From: Fimbriosthenelais zetlandica
Taxonomy: Eukaryota
Direction of reading: 5' to 3'
DNA: 64,000 nt
NCBI GenBank assembly: GCA_977030845.1
Contig: OZ365110.1
Location: 52,266,001 to 52,330,000, forward strand
Shown here: piece after piece, positions 1 through 13,545 of the stretch
Layout of the letters: each line of letters begins with the position of its first letter
Numbering within the stretch: position 1 is the stretch's first letter
Position numbers and translations under genes: made by a program
The notes under the pieces: generated by a model
What the model was told of the DNA's origin: nothing
The model's input: only the letters and a program-made list of their open reading frames with translations
The model's database searches: none

Positions 1-370
1 AGCTTGAGCTACAGCTGTATCAGACTTTGTCACAGGGACTGTTACTTTAACGCTATGTCAAATACTGTCAATCACAGCCTGTCAACAACTGTCACTGAAG
101 AATTTTGATCACCAAATCTGTATTTGTTGGCATAGGGGAACTTGAACTGAACTCTCTCCAGAACTACATCTTGTGATGTAGAACTACTTTTGTATGGGAT
201 ATTAATGCGCGTTGATGGGTAGTGAGAGGGTTTACCTCGGTTAGATTACTTTATGATTATGGTTGAGGTACACAGCTGGACCAGCAGGCCGTCCTTAATA
301 ATCAGCTAATCTCTATAACCTAACCTAACACATCCATCAGTTGATGAGGAGGAGGTAGGAAGACATGGGC

Positions 371-678
371 NNNNNNNNNNNNNNNNNNNNNNNNNNNNNN
401 NNNNNNNNNNNNNNNNNNNNNNNNNNNNNNNNNNNNNNNNNNNNNNNNNNNNNNNNNNNNNNNNNNNNNNNNNNNNNNNNNNNNNNNNNNNNNNNNNNNN
501 NNNNNNNNNNNNNNNNNNNNNNNNNNNNNNNNNNNNNNNNNNNNNNNNNNNNNNNNNNNNNNNNNNNNNNNNNNNNNNNNNNNNNNNNNNNNNNNNNNNN
601 NNNNNNNNNNNNNNNNNNNNNNNNNNNNNNNNNNNNNNNNNNNNNNNNNNNNNNNNNNNNNNNNNNNNNNNNNNNNNN
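371..678. other. Assembly gap (308 N)
   Basis: Run of n from 371 to 678. Confidence 1.
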
Positions 679-1744
679 CGTACATAATTATGAAGAGACA
701 GGTTGAGAGAATATATGGGGCAAAGGTAAACAGAAAGAGAAAGGAAGAGATGTGAGAAATTAAATTATAATGGTGAAGGTATCATATTGAAGTTGTGGGA
801 AACGAGAAGAATATAGTAGTTCAGAAAATGTACATCAATTGATGATTGTCCTCTGGAAGGTACAATATATGAAGGTTTATATTTTCAATTTGTATTGATA
901 ATTAAATAGAAATAGAGAAGGCCATAAAACAATAATGCATGCTGAGAGGGATTTTGGTATTAATGTCAGAAAGAGTTGATTTACTTGTAATAAAATGTTT
1001 ATGTATCCATTCATTGGATATAGGTGGGTGTCCCCGTGAGAAGCCTGAACCTATGGCCACTTTCCATGCACTACTTGTGCCTGAATGCGGTAGTAGTATA
1101 GGAAGTGTTTCTTCATAGCAGGTCAACTAAATCCCCATCAGGATTTGTATTTTACTATGATATCCTGTTGTTCTTCATGTTTGTTTTCCATTTTCAAGAA
1201 AAATGTTTTTATTGGATAACTATTGCCACTGTTTTCCCATCACTTGGCCTCAGCTTGGTTTAGCATGACACGCCCTGTTCTAATATTAATGGTCTTAAAG
1301 CAACAAAATTGAAGATCTACTCAGAATCAAAGTAATAGTCATTTTCTAAATTAGATGGACCCATCACTGATGGGCTTTCAGGAAATTAGGGTTAATCGAA
1401 TTGATGCCAGAGAATGGCTGCCAAAAAAACTGAAATATTTAAGAGTGTAATGTCTGGAGAGAAAGAGCAATCGATCACAATCAATGTAATTTATGAGACA
1501 CAAGAGGCCTGACCCTCTCACTAGCCCCCAGGTTGTATACACTGCCCATCCTATATATTCATGCAATACCCATATCCCTGATCCAACTCTGTGATGCTGC
1601 TCCTCCACCTGCCCTTCTCACCCTCGTCCTTTTCCCACTTTCCCATGCATACTCTCCTTGATTCTCCTTCCACTCTTCCTCCTGCTCCTTGTCACTCCTG
1701 CTCCTTCTCCTGCCCTTCTTCCTGATTGTGCTTCCCCTCATCTG

Positions 1745-2375
1745 CTCCTCTGACCTTCCTTTAGCTTCCCTGATTCTCCCTCTGCTCCCCTGACCTTCCC
1801 TTTGCTACCCTGAGTGACCTTCCCTCTGCTCCCTGACCTTCCCTGAGCTCCACTGACCTTCCCTCTGCTCCCCTGATCTTCCCTGAGCTCTACTGACCTT
1901 CCCTGAGCTCCACTGACCTTCCCTCTGCTCCCTTACCTTCCCTCTGCTCCCTGACCTTCCCTCTGCTCCCTGACCTTCCCTCTGCTTCCCTTACCTTCCC
2001 TCTGCTCCCTGACCTTCCCTCTGTTCCCCTGACCTTCCCTCTGTTCCCCTGACCTTCCCTCTGTTCCCCTGACCTTCCCTCTGTTCCCCTGACCTTCCCT
2101 CTGCTCCCAGACCTTCCCTCTGCTCCCAGACCTTCCCTCTGCTCCCAGACCTTCCCTCTGCTCCCTAACCTTCCCTCTGCTCCCTAACCTTCCCTCTGCT
2201 CCCTGACCTTCCCTCTGCTCCCTGACCTTCCCTCTGCTCCCTGACCTTCCCTCTGCTCCCTGACCTTCCCTCTGCTCCCTGACCTTCCCTCTGCTCCCTG
2301 ATCTTCCCTCTGCTCCCTGACCTTCCCTCAGCTTCCCTGACCTTCCCTCTGCTCCCCTGACTTTCCCTCTGCTTC
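1745..2375. repeat. Pyrimidine-rich minisatellite, 19-20 bp unit (CCTGACCTTCCCTCTGCTC), about 30 copies
   Basis: Period of 19 is read directly (cctga at 2221 and 2240). 20-bp variants (gttcccctga) occur at about 2020-2100 and the ends are degenerate. Confidence 0.95.
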
Positions 2376-5300
2376 CCCTGGTCCTCCTTCTACTCCTTGC
2401 CACTCCTGCTTTATCATGATTAGACGGCAGCGATGTCTTGATTTGTCATGACTCTTCACTAGATCACGAGAGAGACTTAATCTATTTTGTTGGTTGATCA
2501 CAGTACTCATGAGTATTGCCATGGGCATTGTGATGCAGTATCATTGTATAGGTTTTTTCTATACCATAAAGGTCTGGCTGTGCAACCGTTTCCTCATAAA
2601 ATAACAATTTTATTCTTTGAATAAAACTAAAAATCACTCATAAGGAACCCGACCAATGAGAAAGAGCTATCATGGTCCTGCTGTTCATGCCATTTTCCGT
2701 CATCCCTATTCTCCCCTGCCCCCTGCTTCTCCCTTGGTCTTGCTCTCCCCCTTGACTGAGTAGCCATGTAAAAAAATCTTTTCAATTTAAGGTTAAATTG
2801 GCATTGAAAACTATTATTAACATCTAATCCAGATGAAACATGTCCTCTTCTATCACCTTAACGTTGCTCGTGTTGCTCTTTCCGCGTGACATTGCCTTCC
2901 GGGGCTGAGCAATAAAAAGCAGGCGGTAGGAGGAGCGGAGGGCATTGTCTTTGTATGTGGGATTAGTAGCTATCAGGACCAACCATACATGCCTGATACA
3001 CCCAGGGGGCTTTTATGGTCCATCATTATTTATAGCTGGGTATGTGGCTGGCGCAATGTAACAATGGTCTAGATTGATTCTCTAACGACAGCTGAGACGA
3101 GATGTCCTCAGACAAACATCTTATTTACTCTTTTAATCTCTGCTTATGAATCAAAGGGGAAGAATATATATTTTGACCATTTTATATCGTATGAATATTT
3201 ATAAATAATTTACATGCATCGAATAATATTGTCAAATCAGTTGTCGGAGAATAGAATGATTTTAGCTGCACTAAAATGTGACAATTTTAGTGTTTTTGTT
3301 AAATCTATAGGAGGAACCCATGCCAAGTTATGTTTAAAATTCTCCTCTCTTCTTACTGATTGATCCACAACGGCCTAAGAACCCAGACCTCAGTGCAAAA
3401 AGAACACAGAATCCCTTTTGAAACCAGAGAAGGCATTTGCTACTGGCAATATTTGGCTCGAACAATAAAAAGAAATCGGATGTTTTTGCCGTTGCAAGAT
3501 TTCCTTTTTCAGAGGATATAGGACAACGCCCAAATGTTCATGTCTGCCCAGAAACACGCCCATTCCATTCACTGAAAATTGGCTACTAATATGACAACCT
3601 TATTTTATATCAAATAATAGGGCCTATACTATGTATTATGCTAATGCAAATACTATACGAATATGTGCTTGATTTTTTCTTAGAATTTATATTTAGGGAC
3701 AATTCTTTGAATTGAACTTGAATTGAAATTTCCTAATTCCATTCTACTTTTACCTGTGTATCTACGTGTCCCTTATGTAGGTCTACAAGTAAAAAACCTT
3801 TTTCACTGTGGAAAGTCTAAATGTAGTAGCCTACATCCAGACTGCATCTTAAGGTTTCATATTCTCCCTGAGGACAGGAAGAGAGACGATGCTTATTTTG
3901 ACTCAGAATAGAGATACCATTCAAACCATAGGAAGGAGAATCCAATATCGATCACCACTATTTCTCTGCATATTTCTATATATGTACACTGAAAGGCTAG
4001 ACAGGGACTGTGGCCTGGGATACAGCAATCAGTGAGAGATTCATACAATCATAAGTGATCTAACTCAACCTAACACCATTATCTTCCTCTCTTTGATAAG
4101 GCCTGCCATACCAACAAGGCACTGTTTATGTATATACGTGTGGCCCACAAACCTGACTTTTGGCTGGCATGCTATTGCATGTGGCTAGTGGCGTGCTCGT
4201 GTGGAATGAAACGTGGATATTTTGCGATAAGGAATGATTGGCACGTATCTAAGTACATGTTAGTTGTTACTTTATATTGCCCCACTGCAATTCACTATCA
4301 GTGACAGATTCAATATACAATGTTGTCGGTATTTTACAAACTGGATGTTTGAAATTGACGGATGAACTGATGTATTTTATATTATCTGAGGGAAAATTAT
4401 ATATTAACTAAGAATGGCACATAGGTGAGGACTTGTTTGATATACTCCTAAGCTTATGAGAAAGTGAAAAAATGGATAAATCTCGAAAGAAAGAATTAGA
4501 AATGTGAGAGTGAAGTGAGGATGGATCTGTTCAGTAAGGCCCCCAACTCACCTGCCTATCAATATTATTTATTCCTGAAACATTCTCTTCCATTCTCCGT
4601 GTACAGGAGAAGCTCAGCTCCCGGGGAGACGGAATTATTGTTGCACTCAGATTGAAATGGAAATGTCATACGAAGGAAATAGGACTTCACAGTGCAAGCA
4701 ATTTATGCCTGAGGAGGTAGAGATCCAACATTTCAGACATAAATGATTTTAGTACACGATAGTGGACAATTTAACTGAAATTCTTAATCTCTTAAAGCTT
4801 CCCCGTTACGGGTGTTTACACTAAAGAGATTGGATATCCATCCACATGGCCCTTCTGTATTTACTAGTTGTAAGCCATGCTTCAGTGTCTGAGAAGGTCA
4901 CTTCGGCACGGTCATGAAAAATGAATAGTCTATTTAGCTTGTAGGATGAATAATCTATTGATTTAACGACTTAATTCGGATGCAAAAAAGTCTTACCTAT
5001 ACCGATAAACATATCTACTGATAAATTTGATCTTAATTACATTTAGCTTATAATGTATTTAGCATAATTATACTTTTCATGTTCGTCAAGTATAATGATT
5101 ATCTAAGGTGAACTAATTACGTGATGTGGGAAAATAAGAGTCGAGGTAAACTGAGTGCATTAACCTCAATCATTTATATTTAACCCCTTCCTCATGCATT
5201 TTTAAAGAAGAACTCCATTTTAGGGAGCAACCCACAGCTCAGTAACACATTAATGTCACCAAACCCGAGTTCACACATTCATTTTGACATGTATGCTTAA

Positions 5301-6357
5301 GCACTACTTTCCACGCTTCTTAGGTGAGCTGTTGTTGTCAAACATTTATAATAATTTAGGGATAGCTTTCACAGCTTTGAATAATACAAGTGAGAGTGTG
5401 TTTCCTGGGAACATCTATTTGCCTCAGACTCTGTCATAATAATATGCGGCCATGGAAGCTTACGTAAAGTTAACTAAAACAGCCACAGGGGATGAGTTAA
5501 GTGGTATTGGTGCCTATTCTCTCAGCTCCCCAGGGCACTATTGCCCTCCCCAGTAAGTCCATCCCTCCCATAATGCAGTGGGATAAGTGAGAGGCCATTA
5601 TCAAGCCAAATGATAAAGTCATGTATAAAATAGATTTATATTTGTCGTAAAATATTTCTTCCTCTATGGACAAGGATGTGGTACTGTCTGCCAAACTAAT
5701 GGAATTTCCAGCCGTTATTTTGATTTCTAATTATGTTATAGATTGAAAGTGAAAAGCTGGGGTGGTTATAAAACCAATGTAGTAGGGAATGAGATTATGC
5801 CAGTGTGAAAATATATGGTACTTTTACATTTTCTGGGAGACATGATCTGGTAGGACTTTGGAGGAGATAGCGATATCTGTAAGAAAACTGGAACGTGTCT
5901 GGACAGTATTTTAGTAAGTTTTGCACCACGATTGCTTTAAAATGTAAATAAAAACATTGACTTTCCATTTGTTAAATAGGTCAAGTCAGAAACCGAGATT
6001 AACAGCTGAAGAAATACGTCTCTACTGTTTGGAAGATTGCGACATTATACACTACATAATGTTCATGGCAGGGCTCTGAAGAAAGTCGTTCGTGATGAAA
6101 AGGTAGGGAAAAAGTTTATCCAATCCACTTTACAGGTCCTTAGACGAAAATATTACACTGCTATGAAAAGAATCTGAGAGGGTACTCTTCATTTCTTATG
6201 TACGAGTATACATGTGGTTTTAAAACACTTGCGATTGCTCCATCTGTCCATAACGTTACCATACAAGAGACAGGACTAACTGTAGCTTACTGTATATATA
6301 TAGATACAGTGGCATCAAGGGACAGGTCTGACAGTAAAACTATATGCAGTAGACTAA

Positions 6358-6568
6358 AGCCAGGAATACACTAATCCGTTTCCCTATCCGGAGCCATCCG
6401 ATAGCTGTCCGAAACTATATTTCTATTCGCACCAAATGCTTGCAATTCGAACAGACCTTTACACCTAGGTAAGGTTAACCACTGACAAAATTTCAATCTT
6501 TAGATGTCATTAGAAATAGGGTATCGGATGGCGACGGATAGGAGAATCGGATTAGTGTATTCGTGGCT
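6358..6568. mobile_element. MITE family B (211 bp, AGCC...GGCT ends, PIF/Harbinger-like)
   Basis: About 46-bp imperfect TIRs: AGCCAGGAATACACTAATCCGTTTCCCTATCCGGAGCCATCCGATA versus the reverse complement of the right end, AGCCACGAATACACTAATCCGATTCTCCTATCCGTCGCCATCCGATA. Flanks are TAA / GAA. Superfamily is inferred from the TAA-like flank. Confidence 0.8.
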
Positions 6569-6787
6569 GAATTAGTAGTCAGTGAGTACTGTGACAGCAA
6601 AGCGCACAGCTTAAGCGGCTGATCCACCAACTATCGCGAACTTATTTCGAATGGTATCGTGAAAGCACATGTATGGACTCGAGGACATGCTTGGATCTCT
6701 ATGTGGCTTTACGATCATATCCGATATTTTGGATCGAAATCATGATGGGAATCATAGAAGACAAAAGGACAGAATAGAGCACAGTAA

Positions 6788-6998
6788 AGCCGGGACTCCA
6801 CTGCTGCGATTTTGCTTGCGACACGTCTGCGACAAAGGTGATGCTTGTGTTTCAATGATAAATTTACCATTGGAGGACGGCCTTAAGGCCTTGGACACTT
6901 GAACCACAATTTATAAATTTTATTCTTACACAACTTCACAAGCATCACCTTTGTCGCAGTAGTGTCGCAAGCAAAATCGCAGCAGTGGAGTCCCGGCT
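6788..6998 (+). mobile_element. MITE family A copy 1 (211 bp, PIF/Harbinger-like)
   Basis: About 62-bp TIRs starting AGCCGGGACTCCACTGCTGCGATTTTGCTTGCGACAC. Near-identical copies at 11303 (reverse) and 55009. Flanks TAA / TAC. Confidence 0.92.
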
Positions 6999-9900
6999 TA
7001 CGTTCAAATCTATTAATGAACTTTATTTTTCCGTGATCAAATGCCAGAAATTTTGCGAACTTGGGATTAACTTAACTTTAATGGGTCAAGGACAAATCTA
7101 TAAGGAAAGACTGATTTAAAAACTAGAAAACTAGATTTTAAAACATAGAGCAATGCTCATGGAGCTAGTCCTGTCATATTCCGACTATACTTGTGTAACA
7201 TACTCAGCATGATGAGTTTAACCCCAGCATTTACACGGCTGCTTTTCAATCTGTAAGTTACCTTCTGCCGGAAATCCAAGGCTCATTTGTGACATGGCAT
7301 CTAAGTATTACATCCTTCCTGTTGGCCATATTAATGCAGCTGCCTATAACAATGCAACAGAAGCCACCAGTGTGTAACACTATAGCTGGCTCCACGGGAT
7401 ATATAGAACCGAGGTCTATCTTTAACCCAGACCTGCTCGCTAAAGGCGTTTATAGGTAGCGTCCGAGACTGGCTCGAATCGAATTTTGAGTACATTTTAA
7501 CAAATAAATAGAGCAGTATATAGCATAATAATTATATTTTGGATGTTTATAATTCATGTCATAATAGTGCAAGAGTTGATAAAAACATGAATGTGTATTT
7601 TATATAATTATACACATTTGGATTATATTCACATGGTTTGCCTTCAGCAGAAATTGCATTCTGAGTATTGATGCTTGATACCATAGAAAAAATTATGGCA
7701 AGAATGCATGCAACATGAATTGATGAATGATATACCTTGACTGATGTAAACCATGAATAATTATGATACTTGAATCATACTTAATCATTATAAATTAATA
7801 TAAATATCATTATAAATTGAAGAACCCCAATTGCTGTAGGGTATATCTGCACCAAGGCCCATTCTCTATCAGAGCAATTAGTGTTATTTCAGTCTAAATG
7901 GACCAGGAATCAAAATTACACACCACTTTATGTTGACCCAAGGTGCATGTAATCAAACAGCAAAAAGCTTAACACGTCCTTTGGACTCATGGCAAGCCAT
8001 CGCTGGTCAAATTAGGTAGAGCCACGTGAATTATTGATGAGTTTTACTCAATACCCATAGCCAGGCTAGTGTTTGCGCCATGAATTAAGCCCCGCCGACA
8101 TCTTTTGTTCACGGTTTAGGGACTGCAAACTAGGGACCGGTCCAGACGAAAATGGCACAACACATCACCTCTTCTTTTGTCGCTGGCACATTTGACAAAT
8201 TCATTGTCTCCTTGATAACCTGTTTACCCAGCGTTATTGCCAATTATAGAACAATAAATACCAGCCAGTGCCTGTCTCTAGGCTCTTCTCAGATGATTTC
8301 ACACCCGCCATCCCTGCTTATCTCCTAACAACACTCTGGATGCGTTTTTGGGGCTGGGGGAGAGGATATGACAATTAGCGTCTCTGCCTCCTTGATTATC
8401 CTGGACCTGTGCTATGACACCTTTGAATCAATCCTTGTTTCCTTTTTTGGTCGGCATCACAGGATTTCATTATGCAAGCCTCGGTGCAGATCCACATATG
8501 GTTATCTGGTTTCTGTCGGAGGGATATATTGATTTCACCATGTCTTATATTGCAAGCAAGCAGGCCTATAGCTGCACCTCTTGTGTGCATGGAGGTTTAG
8601 AGAAACGGTGACTTTTAAGCACTTCTTGCCACAAACCCCAGCTGTACATGTGCTAAAACCTCGTAAGGCCCACCCCGAGGTTATTGATAATAGTGGATCA
8701 TGCCAGGTACATGTGTTAGTGTACTATCTGAAGTCAAAAGTCAGCCTTATAATGTGTACACATATACTGCACATGGCTAATGCATGTTTACACTATGTTA
8801 ATGGAGAGAAGCAATAGATACAATTTATTTTCTCCAGCTTATAGAAAATTAATATTCATATATTAAAAGCCCCTTTCAAGGACGTCCTCCATACAGGCAT
8901 TTATGAAAACCCTGAAGGACATTCCTATGATAACTCCAGACTGCTGAAAATGCATGTCATTGCACTATATCAGTCAATGCAGTCAGAATCATATATACAT
9001 GTAGTCTATAGACAGTTCCAAACCCCCCTCCTCCCCACTGCCCACTGTCGACAAGGTGCCCTGATAAGTTCATCTGCTGTTTAAGCGAGTAAATGAAATG
9101 ATTGGAGGCTATAAGAGCTCAGTGATTAGTTAGAGGGATCACAGCAATTGGAATTTACTTTTAGAAAGTATAAAGGCTATAATGACTATATACCTATAAT
9201 AGTGATATGCATATCGGCCTCATTATACATATAGGCCTCATTTTAAAAGAGTGGAGTGATATTGATAGAGACCTGCTCTGGAAAATGAACAATAAATCTT
9301 AGTACTAAGCACTAAGAGTCACAAAAGCCCATATTTTATAGACTTGAAGTAACAAGCTGAATATTATCCTCAAGAAAGTGATATAATGAATATGCATAAT
9401 TGTAGATTTTTGACAATTTGTGGGATAGGAAGCCTCGTAGGAGGAGTCCGACTAGCCCCACATCTGCCTTGTCCTCTTAGAAGTAAGTGAAGACTGCCAT
9501 TCTGATCTTAAACAAGCAAAGCCGCCAGCTAATCCAAACAAGGCGTCCATTATGGTGGGCCTGTTCCTTGACCCTTGGCACAGTGACCTCCTGTTTAAGC
9601 TAAAACCCACTTACACACCGGTGTTTTGCCCGGCCACCCGCCTTTATAGCCCCCTCTAGTCGCTGCTAATCTCTTGCATGATGATGGGCTTGGAAAGGGG
9701 CAATAGTGGCAACAGTGCAGGCAAATGGTGCAAAGGTTCTCCTGCAAATATAACGTGATGAATGGTTGGGCAAGACATTCTTCGGTTCTTCATGGATTTA
9801 TCATTTTGAGAAAGTTATGGTAGTGATGATGAGATTATTCTTCCAATTGTCAAGTCGCATTTGCTATTTTTGCATGGTTTGACTTGGATTTCCCATAAGC

Positions 9901-10345
9901 ACAATGTCTATTCCAGATTTCACTTTTTTTTTTTTTTTTTTTTTTTTAATTCAAAATAACAAAGTAATAATTAACAGGTTTGAAATGACAAAAATAAAAG
10001 TTATATAGGAACAGAAACCTCGAAGGGCTTATATGTTCCCTTTACAGATACAATGACTTTTACAGAACATGAGGTTTGGACATTAAATGATATACATGTT
10101 TTATATTAAAATATGTTGAAACATTATCACTTATTACCGTATTGTTGATTTAAGTTACATAAAGAAATTTTTTATTTGATTTTTGAATGAATAGAGAGAT
10201 TTAATTTCCCGTAAATAATTTGGGAGATGATTCCATAATTTAACTTTGAAGTTAATACAAGATATAACCACATTTTATTTAAAAAAAGAAGAAGAAGAAA
10301 AGAGTATAAGAAAATAGGTAAATAACTAGGCCTATATCAGTACCG

Positions 10346-10457
10346 GATATTCCTGGAGTAGCCGTGCTATATAGTATCTTGTAACTGCAATCTTGATATT
10401 CCTGGTGTAGCCTTTTTTGTATGGCAGTGCTATATAGTATCTTGTAACTGCAATCTT
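10346..10457. repeat. Local tandem duplication (~49 bp, second copy with a 14-bp insert)
   Basis: GATATTCCTGG(A/T)GTAGCC...GTGCTATATAGTATCTTGTAACTGCAATCTT occurs twice. Confidence 0.85.
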
Positions 10458-11302
10458 CTCCTCTTGTGTTCAAATGAGCAGAACAGGTGTACATCTCAAG
10501 TGAAAATATGTCACCTGCACCTGGTCTTATTCCTGATCTGAGCGACAAATCTGAGCTCAACCCCCATATAGTTATGCGTTTTATCAATATTAGACATTCA
10601 AGCATAAAATCAGCTCTGTTGTTGCATTGACCTAAGCAATCGATAGAGCAGAAGTAATGTTTGCTCTCATCAAAGTTAGTGAACCAATGAAATTAAATCA
10701 AAGACCCTAAGGGTACAAGGCCAATTTGTACCCCATTCGTTACTACATTAAAATGCAACAATAATAATTTGTGCCTAGAATAGAACATGTATACTTTTTA
10801 GCTCTAATCCACTAATCCAGACCTGCCTTGCAGTATCGGGGTTGAGCTGGGACCGCCCAACAGATTTTGCCGACAATTGCCCAGTGTGTCTGAACTCTAA
10901 AGCGGGCCTTAAAAATCTATAAAGAAACCCCATCAAAGGTAGAGTAGATTTCCCTAGTTGCTTGTAAAGGCTGCAGTAAGTGATTTGTCCCTGTCCCGGG
11001 TGATATTTGCACACAGCCTTGATGACTTCTGTGAAAGGAAGCTGGGGCTCGGTCTACGCGTGGTTTGCATGTTTGCCTAAAGTGTTGACAAGTAAGGTGC
11101 GACTTGTGGTAATATAGATACCAGGCCTGGAGCAATCATTCTCAGACTGCTCTCAGACCTCCGTCATCTCTATGGAGATATGAAATGTTCTGGAGTGGGA
11201 TATGAAAGGCTAGCAGCAACCAGAATGCCGACACTTTGATATTAGTCCAAGCATTCTATATATGATGGATGTCCTGAGAAGCGCAACACCAATTGTTCTT
11301 AG

Positions 11303-11513
11303 AGCCGGGACTCCACTGCTGCGATTTTGCTTGCGACACTACTGCGACAAAGGTGATGCTTGTGAAGTGGTGTAAGAATAAAATTTATAAATTGTGGGTC
11401 AAGTGTCCAAGGCCTTAAGGCCGTCCTCCAATGGTAAATTTATCATTGAAACACAAGCATCATCTTTGTCGCAGACGTGTCGCAAACTAAATCGCAGCAG
11501 TGGAGTCCCGGCT
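11303..11513 (-). mobile_element. MITE family A copy 2 (211 bp)
   Basis: Reverse-oriented near-identical copy of 6788-6998 with the same TIRs. Flanks TAG / TAA. Confidence 0.92.
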
Positions 11514-13246
11514 TAACTAACAATGTCTGTGTAGACATGGTTAAAATACAACACAATTCTGTAAAGATCCTTATGACTAATCTATATAATTGAGATGTCT
11601 TACAGAATCATCAATCCACTATATTTCAGGCTTTTAGGCTTAGGTTTTAGGCTTTTCCGAACACTTACTCTAATGCCTTCAGTGCAATGGCACACATATA
11701 TTATAGGCCAAGCTATCAGATTGATGTAGCAGGCCTCAAGGTTCAGCTTCACATCAGGTGGGATGACAGACAAATGCTTATTCTTTAAGGCTCTAGATCA
11801 GAGCCTCCTGTCTGTCCTTCAACCCTACTAGTGCACTTCTACATATCGTGATGATGCTCCGCAAGTACATGATAATACAAACAAACTGATCAACACATGA
11901 AACAACTCTATATCCTCCCGAATAATAAAAACCTACATTTGTTTATGAACATGAGGGCATTGTATTAATGCATTGGTATAGAGGAAAGCGACTGTGTCAA
12001 TTTAAATGAAAAATTCTGAAAGTATCAGTACTTCTCACCATTACATTTACATTCTTTTTTTTTACTTTTGTTGTTCCACCGAGTGGAAACACAATATTAT
12101 TCTTGCTTGCCTAAAATGTAGGTGACAGGGTATGCATTTGGAGAAGCATTTTTTTTCTGTAGTGAAATAAATCTTGATTTGATCCTTGAGTGGCTGTATG
12201 ATCCATCTTTGGGTTAGTAGGGGAGGAAATAAAGGGCCATTATCCTTCTCGGTGAGAGCATATATATATATTTCTGATGGGGTGAACCATGATTTGGGTG
12301 CTGACCCCATGCATATCTAACCATGATTTACTACAGTGACCAAATGGTTTTAGGTGCAGAATAACCTGCCTTCACACAACGTGGTTACGCACTATTCCGT
12401 TCCTTGGTTTCATGACTAATATAAACTTATTAGTATTCCTTATTACCCCCTGCAATGATGCTCCCTCAGCCAAGTATTTGATAGGAATCAAGCACTGTGA
12501 AGGTGTGTTTTGGTCGCATTGACCTTCGGCTTTTTAGCAACCATTTGGGACTGAATTGAAATGATAAGCTTTTAATAATTAAGGATGAATATATTTATGA
12601 TGGAGCATATCTAGATCCAGTTGGCCGAGAATATTTTAATATTCTCGGATTAAAATTAAATTTCAGATTAAAATGTATGAAAGACCCACAAATACAGATA
12701 TGTGTAGAGGCAGGCTGCTGAATGTCGACCAGCCTTGGACCGATGAGAGCACATCCAGTGGGTAGTTGGTACTAACACAGGTTAATGGTACAAGGCCATT
12801 GAGAGGCATTGTACCGCTGCTTGTTACACCAGCCCCTCCAGGCAATAAGTGTCATCTCTGCACTTGTCCTCCCCACTATCTCCTAGCAACCACTCATTTC
12901 TGCAGAGGGAATCACAAGCTCTGCTGAAGCTCGGACCATCAACAGGAGCAGCTCGGGAGAGCAGGTCCCTGTTTCTGATGTATTATTATCTGCTCCTGCT
13001 CATAATGACAATGTAACCACTCTTCATCATACTCTTCATCCTCTTCTAGCTGCCGCACACTGGTCATGCCCCTTCTTACTTCTCTTCATCCATGGTCTAT
13101 TTTGGCTATGCTCCTGTCTCTTTAAAAGTGTTCTACCCATTGTCTTCATCCAGCCGCACTCTGAGAAGTGTTAAAGTGACATGAGGACCATTGGCTGGAG
13201 ATTAGTCCGTTATCATTAGTCCAATGATCGTCAGACGAGCTCTGGG

Positions 13247-13545
13247 GAGGGGAGTTAGCTCAGTTGGTTAGAGCGCCAGCTCATACAGGGTGATTGACCA
13301 ATGATCGAAGGGTCGGCGATTCAATCCCCCGAGCTGTCCAAGGCATTTCCAATGCCTCCCTCCTCACTGTTGTACATATGTTCTAGAGCACATGCACCTA
13401 GAAATATCCATTGCACAGAAGGCAATGTAGCAATGCACTTAGAAAGAGCCCCCAGCTGAAAATCATACGAAAACTTGAGTATTCAAGATTGTGAGCTGGT
13501 ATTCATCCATAACAGGCTCTATAAAAATTATAACTAGAAAAAAAA
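13247..13545 (+). mobile_element. tRNA-derived SINE family 1, full-length copy
   Basis: Pol III A-box TAGCTCAGTTGG, B-box-like GATTCAATCCC, a body shared with 14937 and 21205, and an A-rich tail (CTCTATAAAAATTATAACTAGAAAAAAAA). Confidence 0.88.

Noticed and set aside
213-228. ATGGGTAGTGAGA resembling the 3' part of miR-71
   Set aside because: The seed does not match and no precursor hairpin is evident.
320-706. Two ORFs spanning the N run
   Set aside because: Artefacts of translating the assembly gap.
1933-2403. 156-aa Arg/Gly/Glu-rich ORF
   Set aside because: Translation of the 19/20-bp minisatellite; the unit length is not a multiple of 3 and indels shift the frame.
13247-13345. tRNA gene calls for the SINE heads (also 14937, 21521, 24628)
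   Set aside because: No anticodon or acceptor stem pairing; each continues into a shared body and, for family 1, an A tail.
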